From Owenia fusiformis (taxonomy: Eukaryota): 64,000 nucleotides of DNA. Below are positions 39,366 to 51,628 of this stretch, piece by piece. Positions within the stretch are counted from its first letter, which is position 1; each line of letters begins with the position of its first letter. The translations under genes and the position numbers were made by a program. The stretch spans positions 36,332,001 to 36,396,000 of the forward strand of contig CAIIXF020000001.1 of the NCBI GenBank assembly GCA_903813345.2, given 5' to 3'. The notes under the pieces were generated by a model that saw only the letters and a list, made by a program, of their open reading frames with translations, did no database searches and was not told the origin of the DNA.

Positions 39366-41119
39366 TTATCCCACCGAACGAAGTTTGTGAGGGATATAGG
39401 AAAGCCGTCCGTCCGTCCGTCTGTTTGTCCGGGCGATCACTCAAATACCGTTTCACGGATTTGATTCAAATTTTATAGACTTATGCCTTATGGGTGTAGG
39501 ACCTCTGCTCGAGAAGGAATTTTCAATATGGCCATTGAATTCAAAATGGCCGCCATTTTTCGTAAAAAATGTAATCTTTAATAACTCAAATACTAGTTTG
39601 CGGATTTGGTTCAAATTTTATATGCTGATGCCTAGGGACACAGTAGATATGTTCGAGTAAAAATTTTCAAGATGGCGGCTAGATTTCAAAATGGAGGCCT
39701 TTTTTCGTAAAAAAACTTAATCTTTGATAACTCAAATACCAGTGAACGGATTTGGCTCAAATTTTATATGATAATGCCTAGGAACACAATAGATCTGTTC
39801 AAGAAAGAATTTCCAAGATGGCGGCTTGATATTCAAAATGGCGGCCATTTTTCGTAAAAAAAAGGTAATCTTTGATAACTCAAATACCAGTGAACGGATT
39901 TGGCTCAAATTTTATATGATAATGCCTAGGGACACAATAGATCTGTTCAAGAAAGAATTTTCAAGATGGCGGCTTGATATTCAAAATGGCGGCCATTTTT
40001 CGTAAAAAAGGTAATCTTTGATAACTCAAATACCAGTGACACAGGCTGGTATCGAAATATTTGTCCGCTGTGACGGAGCATGCTATTTCTCATAAAAACA
40101 CCAAGAATACTTCACGATTTATTTTTTAACTTATATGTTTCGTTATACCAAAGAAAATAACTTACTCCATGCAATGGATATATCATTTTCTGGTAACTTT
40201 CACTTCTGTTTGAAGTCCAATTACGCTGGGAAGAAAAGCTATTGAAAATGGCGTCGGAGTATCATACTTCAAAATGTACCATTTCTTGTTTAACTTTCTA
40301 ATGGCATGATATAGTGACACAATAATATTTATACATGGTTTCAGCATTACTATGAAAGTATAAATGAGATGGTGATGTATTTGGTCTTTTTAAGTCTTTA
40401 TGCAAAAATAATGTTTAATTTTTTTGTCCGCTGTGACGGAGCAGTTGCAAATGTAAACTGTGAAAATGCTCCGTCATAGCGGATAAAAAATATTAGAATT
40501 ATTTTTTATAAAAAAATTTAAAAGCCCTAATGCATTAACATCTCATTAATACATTCAGAGCTATGCTGAAAACATATTTTAATATTATCGTGTCACTATA
40601 TCATGCCATTAAAAGGAAATGGTACATTTTGGAGTTTGATACTCTGGCGCCGTTTTCAATAGCGTTTACTCCTAACGTTATTGGACTTCAAACAGAAGTG
40701 AAGGTTATCCTCAAATGATATATCCATTGCATGGAGTAAGTAATGTTCTTTGATGTAACGAAACATATGAGTTAAAAAATAAAATGTGAAGCATTCTTAG
40801 TGTTTTTATGAAAAATAGCATGCTCCGTCACAGCGGACAAATCTTTCGATACCAGCCTGCGAGTGAACGGATTTGGCTCAAATTTTATATGATGATGCCT
40901 AGGGACAAAGGAGATCTGTTCGAGAAAGAATTTTTCTCGAATTCAAATTTTATATGCTGATGCCTAGAAACACAGTAGCTCTGTTCGAGAAAATTTTTTT
41001 AAGATGGCGGCTGATCTTCAGAATGGCTGCCATTTTTCATTTTCATTTTCGTAATCTTTGGTAACTCAACTGCGGTTCGGTGGGATCTGCTACTCCGTGG
41101 AGTTGCTGTTTTTTTAGTT
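39366..41119 (+). mobile_element. Family-A HINE with ~140-bp internal tandem units and a nested MITE
   Basis: 5' atcccaccgaac hairpin, (CCGT)n, tandem units (ataactcaaataccagtgaacggatttgg...caaaatggcggccatt), 3' gttcggtgggat and hairpin gctactccgtggagttgc. Confidence 0.85.
40040..40861. mobile_element. Transib-like palindromic MITE
   Basis: Ends CACAGGCTGGTATCGAAA / TTTCGATACCAGCCTGCG; 5-bp TSD agtga (40035-40039, 40862-40866), confirmed against the uninterrupted host unit. The whole element is an inverted repeat. Confidence 0.75.
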
Positions 41120-41507
41120 GATATCATAATGTAAACATGCTATTGTATCAAATAAAAACCAGATGACCCTTTTCAATCACTCAAATTCTCAAATACTGCG
41201 TCAGATTGGTTAATTGGCTAAGATCGAAAGCCTTCAAAAAGTTTGTATTGTTTCTGAAGCATTACTTTATTGCAGCCCTTCGCATATTTAGAAATAACAC
41301 TTTGAGCTAACCTTTAGTTGTGAGGGAATCTAACCAATCTTAATTACTATATTGCATTTTCTGCTTAAAAATATTGACTAAAGGGAGCATTTAAAAAACT
41401 AAGTAAGGAGTGCGGCAAAAGCATGCCCCCTTTGTCTTGATCTTCCGCAAACAGCAGATAAGATGGGGTCTGGTAAACCAGAATGATGGTAAGGTGATGG
41501 AGATCTA

Positions 41508-42280
41508 CAGGGTATCCCAAAAAAAGGAAACGGAGATTAAATTGCTAATTTCTCAAAGATGAATAATGTTAGGGAAAATTTGCAGGTACCATCATTTGCG
41601 TCATTATGTCCATTTTCATATGGTACCAAGATGTTCTATTTTCCTCCACAGATGAATGAGCAATGAGGGATTTAAGTGGCCATGTCAGAAATGGGTCCTA
41701 CTTTCAGCCAAGTCAATTCACTATCATAACATAAAGTAACAACAAACTTCAGGATATTACTCTTTTACTCATTTGTTCCAAATAAAGTTACACATATCAT
41801 ATTTAACACCCCTTTTAAATCCCAATGTCCATTTGAAGTTGTTTTAACCCCAGTGTCCTTCAACATGGCTCCCATTCCTTTCAATGCAAATGTCTCCCCT
41901 AGATCTCATCGCACATACTGCATCCCTGATGATGCCTCTCTGTCCCATTAGATCCTTCGCTGCTGCAACAATCCTGGTCCTTAAATCATCAATGTCTCTT
42001 GGTAATGTTGTGTAGACTTTATCCTTGAGATAACCCCAAATAACCATCCTGGCATATCCCTCATTAAGTTCAGTCATTCATGAAAGAAAAAGTGGCACAA
42101 ACCCATTTCTGGCATGGTCACTCCAATCCCTTAGAAATCAGTCATCTGTGAAGGAAAATGGAAAACTTTGGTATCATAAGAAAGAAGACATCATAACCTA
42201 GCGGTTAGAAGTTTTCCTATTATTATTCATATTTGAGAAATAAGCAATTACATCCCGGTTTCCTTTTTTGAGACACTTTG
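41508..42280 (-). mobile_element. Internally deleted Tc1/mariner element
   Basis: TA|cagggtatcccaaaaaaaggaaacgg ... ccggtttccttttttgagacactttg|TA; ~200-bp imperfect TIRs; transposase C-terminal remnant WGYLKDKVY...DDLRTRI...CIERNGSHVE (41844-42040). Confidence 0.85.
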
Positions 42281-43142
42281 TAGTGTACTGTATTGCTGCA
42301 AACTTAGAACATATAGCTTTACAATGGTTACAATGGTTTATTTAAGCTTATATTTAGATCATTAATGCTTCTGTGAATACCTACAAATAAAAGACAAGAT
42401 AAATCTACATGCTGAAAAAATTAAAGGCCATTAAATCATGTGTCTTTATGATGATATATCTTATCCTTATTTTTACCTATGCATTATATATCTCACAATC
42501 ACTCTGATTTACCAGAACTTTGCTTTGAGCTAGGCATTGAAGGAAATTGTAGAAGTTTTGCTTATCACAATGTCACCATGTAGATAATAAAAAAGCATTT
42601 GGATGATCACAAAATAATTTAGATCCCTATTTCCAAGATGTATACCCTTTTTAAGAGCTTCTCTGGTATACAGTATATCACTAGCCTCTGGGCTTCTGAG
42701 AGATGTTAAAGTATGAGTATGAAGTTTGAAATTAGAAATACTAAGATACACTGTATCTAGTTACATTAGATATGTTATATGTTGCATTATTTTGATTAAA
42801 ACGTTTATTGCCTGGGATCTGTAGTAAATATATCCATATTATCCTTTCTATTATTAGCTATATAAGGGTTATGTACCGCGAGGTTTGGGATACAGGGTTT
42901 ATCTCAAGGAAAATATGTATATATCCCGAGGGACCGCAGAGACATATTTCCCAAGGGATACACCCTGTATCCAAAACCGACCATACATTTCAGGTGTATT
43001 CCATACCTACTATGGTTCTAGGTATATTCTGATATATCAATATTTTCTTATAAAGTTCCAAAATTCAAAAATACACATTTTTTTAGTCTTAGCAGATCAA
43101 TGAATTAATAAAGTATACAACGTTCCTAAGTTTGAAATATAA

Positions 43143-44198
43143 TTATCCCACCGAACGATGTTTGAGGGGATTTAGAGAAGCCGTCTGATGGGTTTAAACC
43201 TATAATGTATTAAATACTGGATATGACAAGTAAATAAAATCAATTATAATCTACCTATAAGATGTAGATATCCAAATGTTGGTCTGAATTTATCTTTGTG
43301 GAAAGATTGTATGCTTCAGTTGCTCTTTAACAAAACATGTGGGACAGTGTATCTATATATTACAAGATGTCCGTTCGTCCGTCCGTCCGTCCATCCGTCC
43401 GTTTGTCTGTGTGTCTGGGCGATAACTCCAAAACCAGTTGACGGATTTTGTTCAAGTTTTGTAGGCTTATGCCTTATGAGTGTAGGACCTCTGATCGAGA
43501 AGGAATTTTCAATATGGCCACTCAATTCAAAATGGCCACCATTTTTCGTAAAAAATGTAATCGTTGATAACTCAAATACAAGTTGACGGATTTGGTTCAA
43601 ATTTTATATGCTGATGCCTAGGGAGTTTCGCACAAAAAGAGATTTTCAAGATGGCCAGTTGGCCACTTAATTTCAAAATGGTGGCCATTTTTCGTAAAAA
43701 TATGTAATCTTTGATAACTCAAATACCAGTGAACGGATTTGGTTCAAATTTTATATGATGATGCTTAGGGACACAGTAGCTATGTTCGACAAAAGATTTT
43801 TAAGATGGCCACTTAATTTCAAAATGGCGGCAATTTTTCATAAAAAACGTAATCTTTGATAACTCAAATACCAGTGAACAGATTTGGTTGAAATTTTATA
43901 TGATTATGCCTAGGGACGCAGTAGCTCTGTTCAAGAAATAATTTTCAAGATGGCGGCTGAATTTCAAGATAGCAGCCAATTTTCGTAAAAACGTAATCTT
44001 TGATAACTCATACCAGTGAACGGATTTGGTTCAAATTTTATATGATGATGCCTAATTCACAATGGTATAAACTAACTTTGTGCCAAATTTCATGCTTCTA
44101 TCACAAAGTGCACAAACATTTCAACATTTACACTAGCTAAGCATAATATGTTTTGTTTGGCGGGATTTGCTACTTCGTGGAGTTGCTGTTTTTCTAGT
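43143..44198 (+). mobile_element. Family-A HINE carrying captured fragments
   Basis: Same termini and tandem units as 39366-41119. Foreign segments at 43188-43370 and about 44055-44140. Confidence 0.85.
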
Positions 44199-45866
44199 CT
44201 TTATTTTTTGTATGCATAGAAAAAACAAACATAAATCCAGTTTGCTTTTTAGGAGTGGGACCGGGATGGATACAGGCTGTATGCATCCCGCCCCGCTCCT
44301 CATTGTTAGATCCCTAGATACAGTATATATTCCCGCTCATTATTTACCTGGAATACATAGGTACAAATTAGGATCAGGTGTCCTGTACATATGCCATATA
44401 CATGTATTTGGGTTATTTAATGGAAGGTTTTGGATACAGGGTATACCCTGAGGGAACAACAATATATCTACCTGGGGAACCATAGGGACCGAAGGTACAT
44501 ATAATGTATTTCCTGATGGTTATATCCTTTATCTAAAACTGAGCATTAAATAACTGATTTATCTGCATTTGTATCGCTCAGTGAACGAAAATGAGCTAAA
44601 TCAAATTCCCGAGATTGCTGAGCGGGAGAAAGTATAAGATTAACAATTACATACTGTACGTATATGAAAATATTACACTCTGAAAAAGTTCAGAACAAAA
44701 GTCACAATTATTTATTATTCTAATATGAACTAATATCTATATCTGCATGTATATGCAATAAATATATGACCCACAATAGTCATCATTATGTTATTCATAG
44801 TTTGACAATAAAGTAAAATTAGTATATATAAATAACAAAAAAACTATATTTTACTTGGCAGTGCTTGGAGCATCAACAGCATCTGTTTATTTTAAAGGCT
44901 CACCCCTCATTCCACCCATTTTTCCCTATACATTGCATAATAACTGTACATATTTTCCTACTTACGGATAGGGTTATTAATATAATATGGAGCCTCTATC
45001 CATTCGGTTGAACTTCAAAGTTCTGTAATACCAGGTTTGTCTTTTTTCTTGAATTTATGCAACCCAAAGAGTGATTGTTTAGCCATGGGCTTTCAACAGT
45101 GAGGAAAATTTAGTATTAATGGAATTATTTCATTTAAGACAATCTTCCCATTTGTAGAACATAATATATTGGTGGACAAAATTTCCCATTTTTCCAAACA
45201 CATATTGATTCATGCACAAGTCATTTATTCACCCATTGTTATCATAGGATTTGGTATATTATTAGCTTATATACAATGATTTATTATGCAACTACAGATT
45301 TAATTGCAGATTTTTTTAGCAGTACAATTAACTTAATGGAAACAAATTTTATGGCCGATGAAGTCTTTTTTATTACAATGGAAGTACAGCATTTAGTTAG
45401 CAAATCAGTACAATGCCTTTATAAATCACAACATTGATCACATTCAAGTTTTCTGCATGAAAATGCTGATTCTGTGTAGAATTCTGATCTGCTTTTATGC
45501 ATAAATAAGTCTAATGTCAACTTTTTTATGAAACATGTATTGAAAATATAAATATAGAAATCTCACAAAATACCCAAATATAAGTTTAAAAGCCAAAATT
45601 GTATTTGTTTATCTTTTAAGAAGTTCCCTACCATTACAGGTAAACAACAACAGATTTAGGATGAGTATTTATACATTCATGTTTTATTACTATTTTTCTC
45701 AGAAATAAGGTTGTTTTGCTGTTTGTTCTCAATATTATAGTGCACTAATATACTTTTATATACTCCAGCATTTTATCATTTACTATATATTATCATCTTG
45801 ATTCACAAGGTTTCGATTGTTTCTACCTCAGGTCTCTAGACCCAGTGGAAAGCGACGATGATATAT

Positions 45867-46979
45867 TAGTAGCCCGGACAGAATTGTTCAATGGTCACTT
45901 TTTCTTTAATAACTTTTTTAATTTTCAGTGTTATCATAGTCTGATCACATATTTGAAAACTAGAGTAAAATTCTGACATACAAAAAAAATATTTAAGGAA
46001 CATCTCTTAATCTTTTGATATTATAGGCGTTCATAGTATAAATGACGCAAATACATAATTCATCATTTTGACCCATATTTGTTCAAAATGACGGCATATT
46101 TTGTGAATTTGAATGATCAGTTGAAAGTTAATATTTAAAGATTGTCATAGGACTATAGGGCCATGCTGCCACCGTTACAATCCTGATGTAATGTAGCAAC
46201 TGACCATTCATCAAATATAAGAAGTCAACTCCCTCCAAGGGTATATGAAATCAACTCTATTGAAATGTACGGGGCTGTGTTCAAGAGGATGTGAAAAAGT
46301 GGCTGCCCAATGTGCGGGCCGCGGGGTGTGATGAGAATAGGTCCTCAGTCTTTTCAAGAGCTCCAAACTGCAGCCATCTCAGAGGCCATTGAAAAGATGA
46401 GTAACAACCTCTTAACCCAAGGATGGGTTAAGAGGTGTGTGACTAGGAAAGACATTACAAACTGTTGCAGTATTACCCTATAGTGGCACAGGTTAAACGA
46501 ACTTGGGTTGCTAATCCACTACGAGTAAAAATGGAATGGCCAAAAAACTTCCTGCGACTTTACCAATGTACTGTACATACAATATACAAACCTTTTTAAG
46601 TACTGGTATACATACAAGCAAGTCAATTTAAAACAAAAGGTTATAAATGCAGTCATTACCTCATACCAAAGCAGCAGTCTACATGATTTCGTAGGCCCAT
46701 GATATTTCTTAAATATCAACTTTCAACTGAACATATAAACCACAAAACATGCCGCCATTTTTGAACAAATATGAAGCAAAATGGTGAATTATGTATTTGC
46801 GTCACTCATACTATGAACGCCTATAACATCAATAAATTAAGAGAAATTCCTTAAATATTTGTTTTGTATGTCAGAATTTTACTCTAGTTTTAAATATATT
46901 ATCAGATTTCGATAATACTGAAAATTAAAAAAGTTATTAAAGAAAAAGTGACCATTGAACAATTCTGTCCGGGCTACTA
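45867..46979. mobile_element. Academ-like non-autonomous element
   Basis: TAGTAGCCCGGACAGAATTGTTCAATGGTCAC...GTGACCATTGAACAATTCTGTCCGGGCTACTA; ~230-bp TIRs; 3-bp TSD TAT (45864-45866 / 46980-46982). Confidence 0.75.
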
Positions 46980-48185
46980 TATTATGAAGTGATAAATAGT
47001 GATATAGTGTAGATTAGTGATTAGTGGTACTATTATTACAAACATGTTCCATCCCATCGATCTAAACATAAACATTAGTTTTATGATCCTAATTAACGAA
47101 ATAGTCATGTTCTCATTTATTTCCCAGGTACTTCTGACTTTTAGTATGAATCAATTAACATATTTTTGCTGATCTACTTTTGTTGAAGCAAAAGTTATTT
47201 TAAAGTTATTTTCAGTCACATTGCATTTCATTCACTGCCTGCTTCAGTTTTTAGCTGATTCCTCTTTTGTACATAAATTATATGAAGCATCTTTTTATGT
47301 AGACAACTTGTTACATAAATCTGCTTCCTAAGAAAACATATCATATTGCAGTTTTTCAGAATATAGACTATAATCTAAAAACATGAGATAGGAATGTTTA
47401 TGTAGTAATGTTTATCTATTTGCTTAATGTGCTTTGGATGTGGCACCTTTTCACTCTGGTTGCTAAAAATCTGGTATGATTTATTCTGAATCATCATAGC
47501 TTTATTATACTCTGACTATAAAAGAGGATTTTTCAGTTATGCTGCTGACATGGTCTTAAGAATCTTAAATGGACCTTGTTTTGCATTTTATGAACGTTTA
47601 AATATGAAATTCAGCTGTTTATGGCTATTGGCAGAAACTGCCTAGAATTTTCACTAAATAAACAAGAGTATACATATAGTATACCCAGATGAAAGAACTG
47701 TCTCTAGTTTTAAGAGTATAGAACAAGTTGAGGGTTTTGAAAGGGTAGGCTTATATTGACCTCAATGTTGATGTTTCTGACCCATTACATCTTATTTATG
47801 TATCACCATATGGCAGCATTTGTAAATAGTTAAGTTACATATTGAGGAAACACTAATGATAACATTAAGATAAAGTATAAATCAGAAAGTAATGTAATAA
47901 AGCCCTATGCCTGATTGGAAATAAGCACAGGACACAAGTGGCAACATTTGAATAACATGGATAACCCATAAAACCTAGTAAAAGCAAAAGGAAACAAAAT
48001 ACATCGATCATCCAAAAAATGTTAAATTATTCCGTATAAAAATTGTCTGCTACTTTTGCTGCAATTAAATCTTTTGGGGAGCATAATGATGTTGGCTTCA
48101 ATATATAAAGATAAATCACAGAAAACAGACCTGAAAAAATCTTTTTCTGTTTTTATCTGAAAAAATGTTGACCTTTTGGAGTTAA

Positions 48186-48839
48186 AGGGCTAATTCTGTA
48201 ATTCTTATCAACACGAACCCAAGAATTTTTTATTGATAAATAAAACTTTCTTTTCTGCAATTTTCTTAATTAATGATATTTAACCTACACAATCAATAGA
48301 CTAAGATAAACCTTATTTTCTGTAATTTTATCAAAGTTAGAAAAATTCATAGAGAAAGTGAATTAATTAAACTTTCAAACAATGAAAATTGACGTAAATT
48401 CACAAACCTATCCATCGAAAACGGAAACGGAAGTCAGCTACTTTCTAGGTAAGAACTGCGCGTCATTAGCGAACTCGCTTTAGCGAATTTAAACGTGATA
48501 GAATGTTGAATTTCACGGTGAAATCGTACTTGTACTCAATAATGATTGATTGTTGGACATAAACAGACACTCTTCAAATACCCCGCAAAGGTAGGAGATC
48601 GTAAAATATGTAATTTCTGGAAATTCTGGTAATTCCGCGGGATTTTCATGAAAATCAGGGATTCTGCAAAAAATTGAAGTTTTGTCGATTTCCGTCCACG
48701 CCGCGGAATTACGGAATACTAGTATCTATGAACTTTTGAATTTAAAGATGTACAAGTAGTAAATTCAATTTAATTTATCATATGCTTTTTTCTAACAATT
48801 TTGGTTTACTTATGCCAAGGTCACATTTCAAAATGAGCC
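48186..48839. mobile_element. Possible Kolobok-like MITE
   Basis: TTAA on both flanks; imperfect short TIR (agggctaattctg / caaaatgagcc); CpG-rich interior. Confidence 0.4.
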
Positions 48840-48894
48840 TTAACCCCTAAAGAATTTGATATTTGAGGTTCAAAAATATTTTGGGTCAAGAATA

Positions 48895-49083
48895 CAGTAA
48901 AACATGTATACATGTATGTGTAGTGAACACATATAGAGCCACAAAAAGTTCACAGGGCTGTAGGTAGGTGTTCACTACAGAGGGGGATATCATACAGGAG
49001 TCAATGTAAAATGTGTCTTGAAGTGGTGTTCACTAAACAGAGGTGTTTTCTAGAGAGAGGTGTTTATTAAGACAGGTTTACTG
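48895..49083. mobile_element. pogo/Tigger-like MITE
   Basis: TA|cagtaaaacatgt ... acaggtttactg|TA, with internal aggtgttcacta repeats. Confidence 0.6.
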
Positions 49084-50476
49084 TAATTTGGTCTATTATA
49101 TTCACTTAAACTGAATGAACAGAAGGTGGGAGTATATTTCAAGATCTGTATCAAATTATGTAACATTCTACTTATTATTGCAATGTTTAGACACATATCA
49201 AAGCAACTTGTCATGTAGAATTGATTGAACCGCAAGTTGATCTATCACCTTTCATCATAAATCTTAAAAGCTTTAGGGCAAAGTGTCCATATTACATTTG
49301 GAAAAATCACAATTTAACACCAAATTACTCGCTAATAATTCCTATGTTAGAGTGACCTAACACTTGCACCTTAGCTTCAGTATTAAGATTTTTAAGACAG
49401 TGAAATCTACATCTTCATCTATCTTAAGGTCCTTAATATTTGGACATCACACTAAGTTATACTGCAACTTCGAACTAATTTACCTGATTATTATATTAAC
49501 TTGATTATGTTTTTGTTCCATAAATGTTGCTCTTTGTACTCTAGAAAACAGTAGTCAGAACGGTCGTCAGCTTAATCTGTAATAATTTGTTATAATGACA
49601 CTGAACTTAACTATCTAAAAAAGTAATTTTTTAGTTTATTCTTAGGCCACACTGACCTTTTCATTAGCACTGAATTGCATATTACAAGGGAATTAATGTG
49701 GATCTCACAGCATTACTGATAATAAGGTTGAACGTGTTAAATGATGCATTGAAGCTTAGTTTATGGTGTTGCAACACCTATCAGAGTGATCATTTATCTG
49801 TTTAATTAACTTTGTCTCTTGTAATTTGTTGAAAATGTCATGATGGTATGGCTAGTCTTGCCTTAGTGCAAATCCCTGATTCCTTGTATGTCTTAATGAT
49901 CAGAGTTTTTATGCTCTATTGGCATGTAAGAAGCATGATTTGAAAGTAAAAACACTCACATTATAAGGCCTGAGATACACAGTATATATCAACTGGTCAT
50001 AGGAATTATCTTGATTATTTGAAACTTTAATAAAGTCACGGCCATTAATATTAAGATCATATTTGCTTTGCTTTCTACTTCATTGAATCATTATCCCATC
50101 GAACGAAGTTCGGAGGGATATAGGGAACACCTCCATCCGGCCGTCTATATGTCCGTCCGTCCGGGCAATAACTCAAATACTGTTAGCCCGATTTTGTTCA
50201 TATTTTATACACATATGGCATATGGGGTTGGAAGTTCTGCTGGAAAGCCGATTTTCAAAATGGGCGCTCGTTTCAAAATGGCGGCCATTTTAGTGCCGAT
50301 TTTACAGTTATTTAGGTACAGTATATATGATTATTTACAAAGTAAATAGTTTTTAATAGCATAGCGACATCTTTATTATCTTACTATAACTGATTATTAG
50401 CGCATGCGTATGCTCATTCGATTTACACTTAGTCATAGTTGAGTAAAGCTTTTTGAAGTTTTTGAAGAACCGTATA

Positions 50477-51628
50477 ATGGATACTAATAGTGATATAGAA
50501 ACGCAAGGAGCTAAGCCAAGGTGTTGCAGCACTTGTGGTAACACGGTCAGGGGACATAACGGACCGTATGGCCCGAAATGTACGAATTATCAGACAGAGG
50601 GAAACGCCCAGTCAAAAATTGAAACACCAGATTCGACTGACACGTCATCAGGGATCGTAAGTGATAATCAACCATCAGCGTCTTGGATAACTAATGCAAT
50701 AATGACAATGAATGACCAAATTTCGAACCTATCAATGGTAACATCAAATCTGAAAGAAGGTCAGGATAACCTTCGTGAATTAATGGAAGGTATAATACAA
50801 CAGCGTAACCTCCCTGACCCTAATATGGGGGTTGTTCCACCAGTACAAGTGGCCACAGCACAAAATGCACCTCAACAATCCAACCCAACCCCTGATACAA
50901 TTCCACCAGTGAACGATAATAGGGTTTCCTACGAAGGCTGTACAATGGGGGTGCCAGTTAAAGTTACCAATAAAATAATTGCTGGTGAGTACGTGAATTT
51001 GGTGGATTTGCTCCCAACAAACCTATATCATCAATCAGTTGACAATCAATGGCAAAATGAACAAGTATTATGTTCGGATAACGGTCAACTCAAATTACAA
51101 AAGAAAAACAAACAAACACAAGTACAATCATTTTTATCATGGAATACAGCATGGAATGTCTATGAAATGATTATTATGGAGCACAACCCCAGCGCCTATT
51201 CTGATCTGAGAACATATAGAGCACACATTCAGGAATGCGACAAGAAATTCCAATGGTCAGCTGTATCACAATATGACATCCGTTTTAGACTGAAATTAGG
51301 GGCCGCAAAATCATTTGCGTTTGGTAATTTGGATACATTCTTATATACCACTATATTAGACGCATCTGCAGTCAAACATGTTGCCATTAAGTGTTACAGG
51401 TGTAAAGGAGATCATCAAGTGTCTAAATGTCCATTTCTCGAGACGAATAAGGTGGAGACGTCGGAGAAAAATGAGAAACCGAAAGGCACAGGAAATATTA
51501 GTGGAGAAATTTGTAACAAATTCCAAACTGGAGAATGTACCTTCGGAAATCGTTGTTTTAGAAAACACGTCTGCAAAAATTGCAAAGTTGGCCTGTTGCC
51601 ATACGCCAAATGTGATTGTTCAAAGTAA
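50477..51628 (+). CDS. Gag-like protein of a DIRS/Ngaro-type retroelement (383 aa from first ATG)
   Basis: N-terminal CxxC..H..C motif (CSTCGNTVRGHNGPYGPKC), probable coiled coil, W..YD..FR core, CCHC knuckle CYRCKGDHQVSKC and C-terminal CNKFQ..C....C.RKH.C..C. Confidence 0.85.
   Translation: MDTNSDIETQGAKPRCCSTCGNTVRGHNGPYGPKCTNYQTEGNAQSKIETPDSTDTSSGIVSDNQPSASWITNAIMTMNDQISNLSMVTSNLKEGQDNLRELMEGIIQQRNLPDPNMGVVPPVQVATAQNAPQQSNPTPDTIPPVNDNRVSYEGCTMGVPVKVTNKIIAGEYVNLVDLLPTNLYHQSVDNQWQNEQVLCSDNGQLKLQKKNKQTQVQSFLSWNTAWNVYEMIIMEHNPSAYSDLRTYRAHIQECDKKFQWSAVSQYDIRFRLKLGAAKSFAFGNLDTFLYTTILDASAVKHVAIKCYRCKGDHQVSKCPFLETNKVETSEKNEKPKGTGNISGEICNKFQTGECTFGNRCFRKHVCKNCKVGLLPYAKCDCSK

Noticed and set aside
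50326..50360. Weak inverted similarity between the cassette's left end and 53222-53255 (possible ITR)
   Set aside because: Short, gapped and almost all A/T; not distinguishable from chance by eye.
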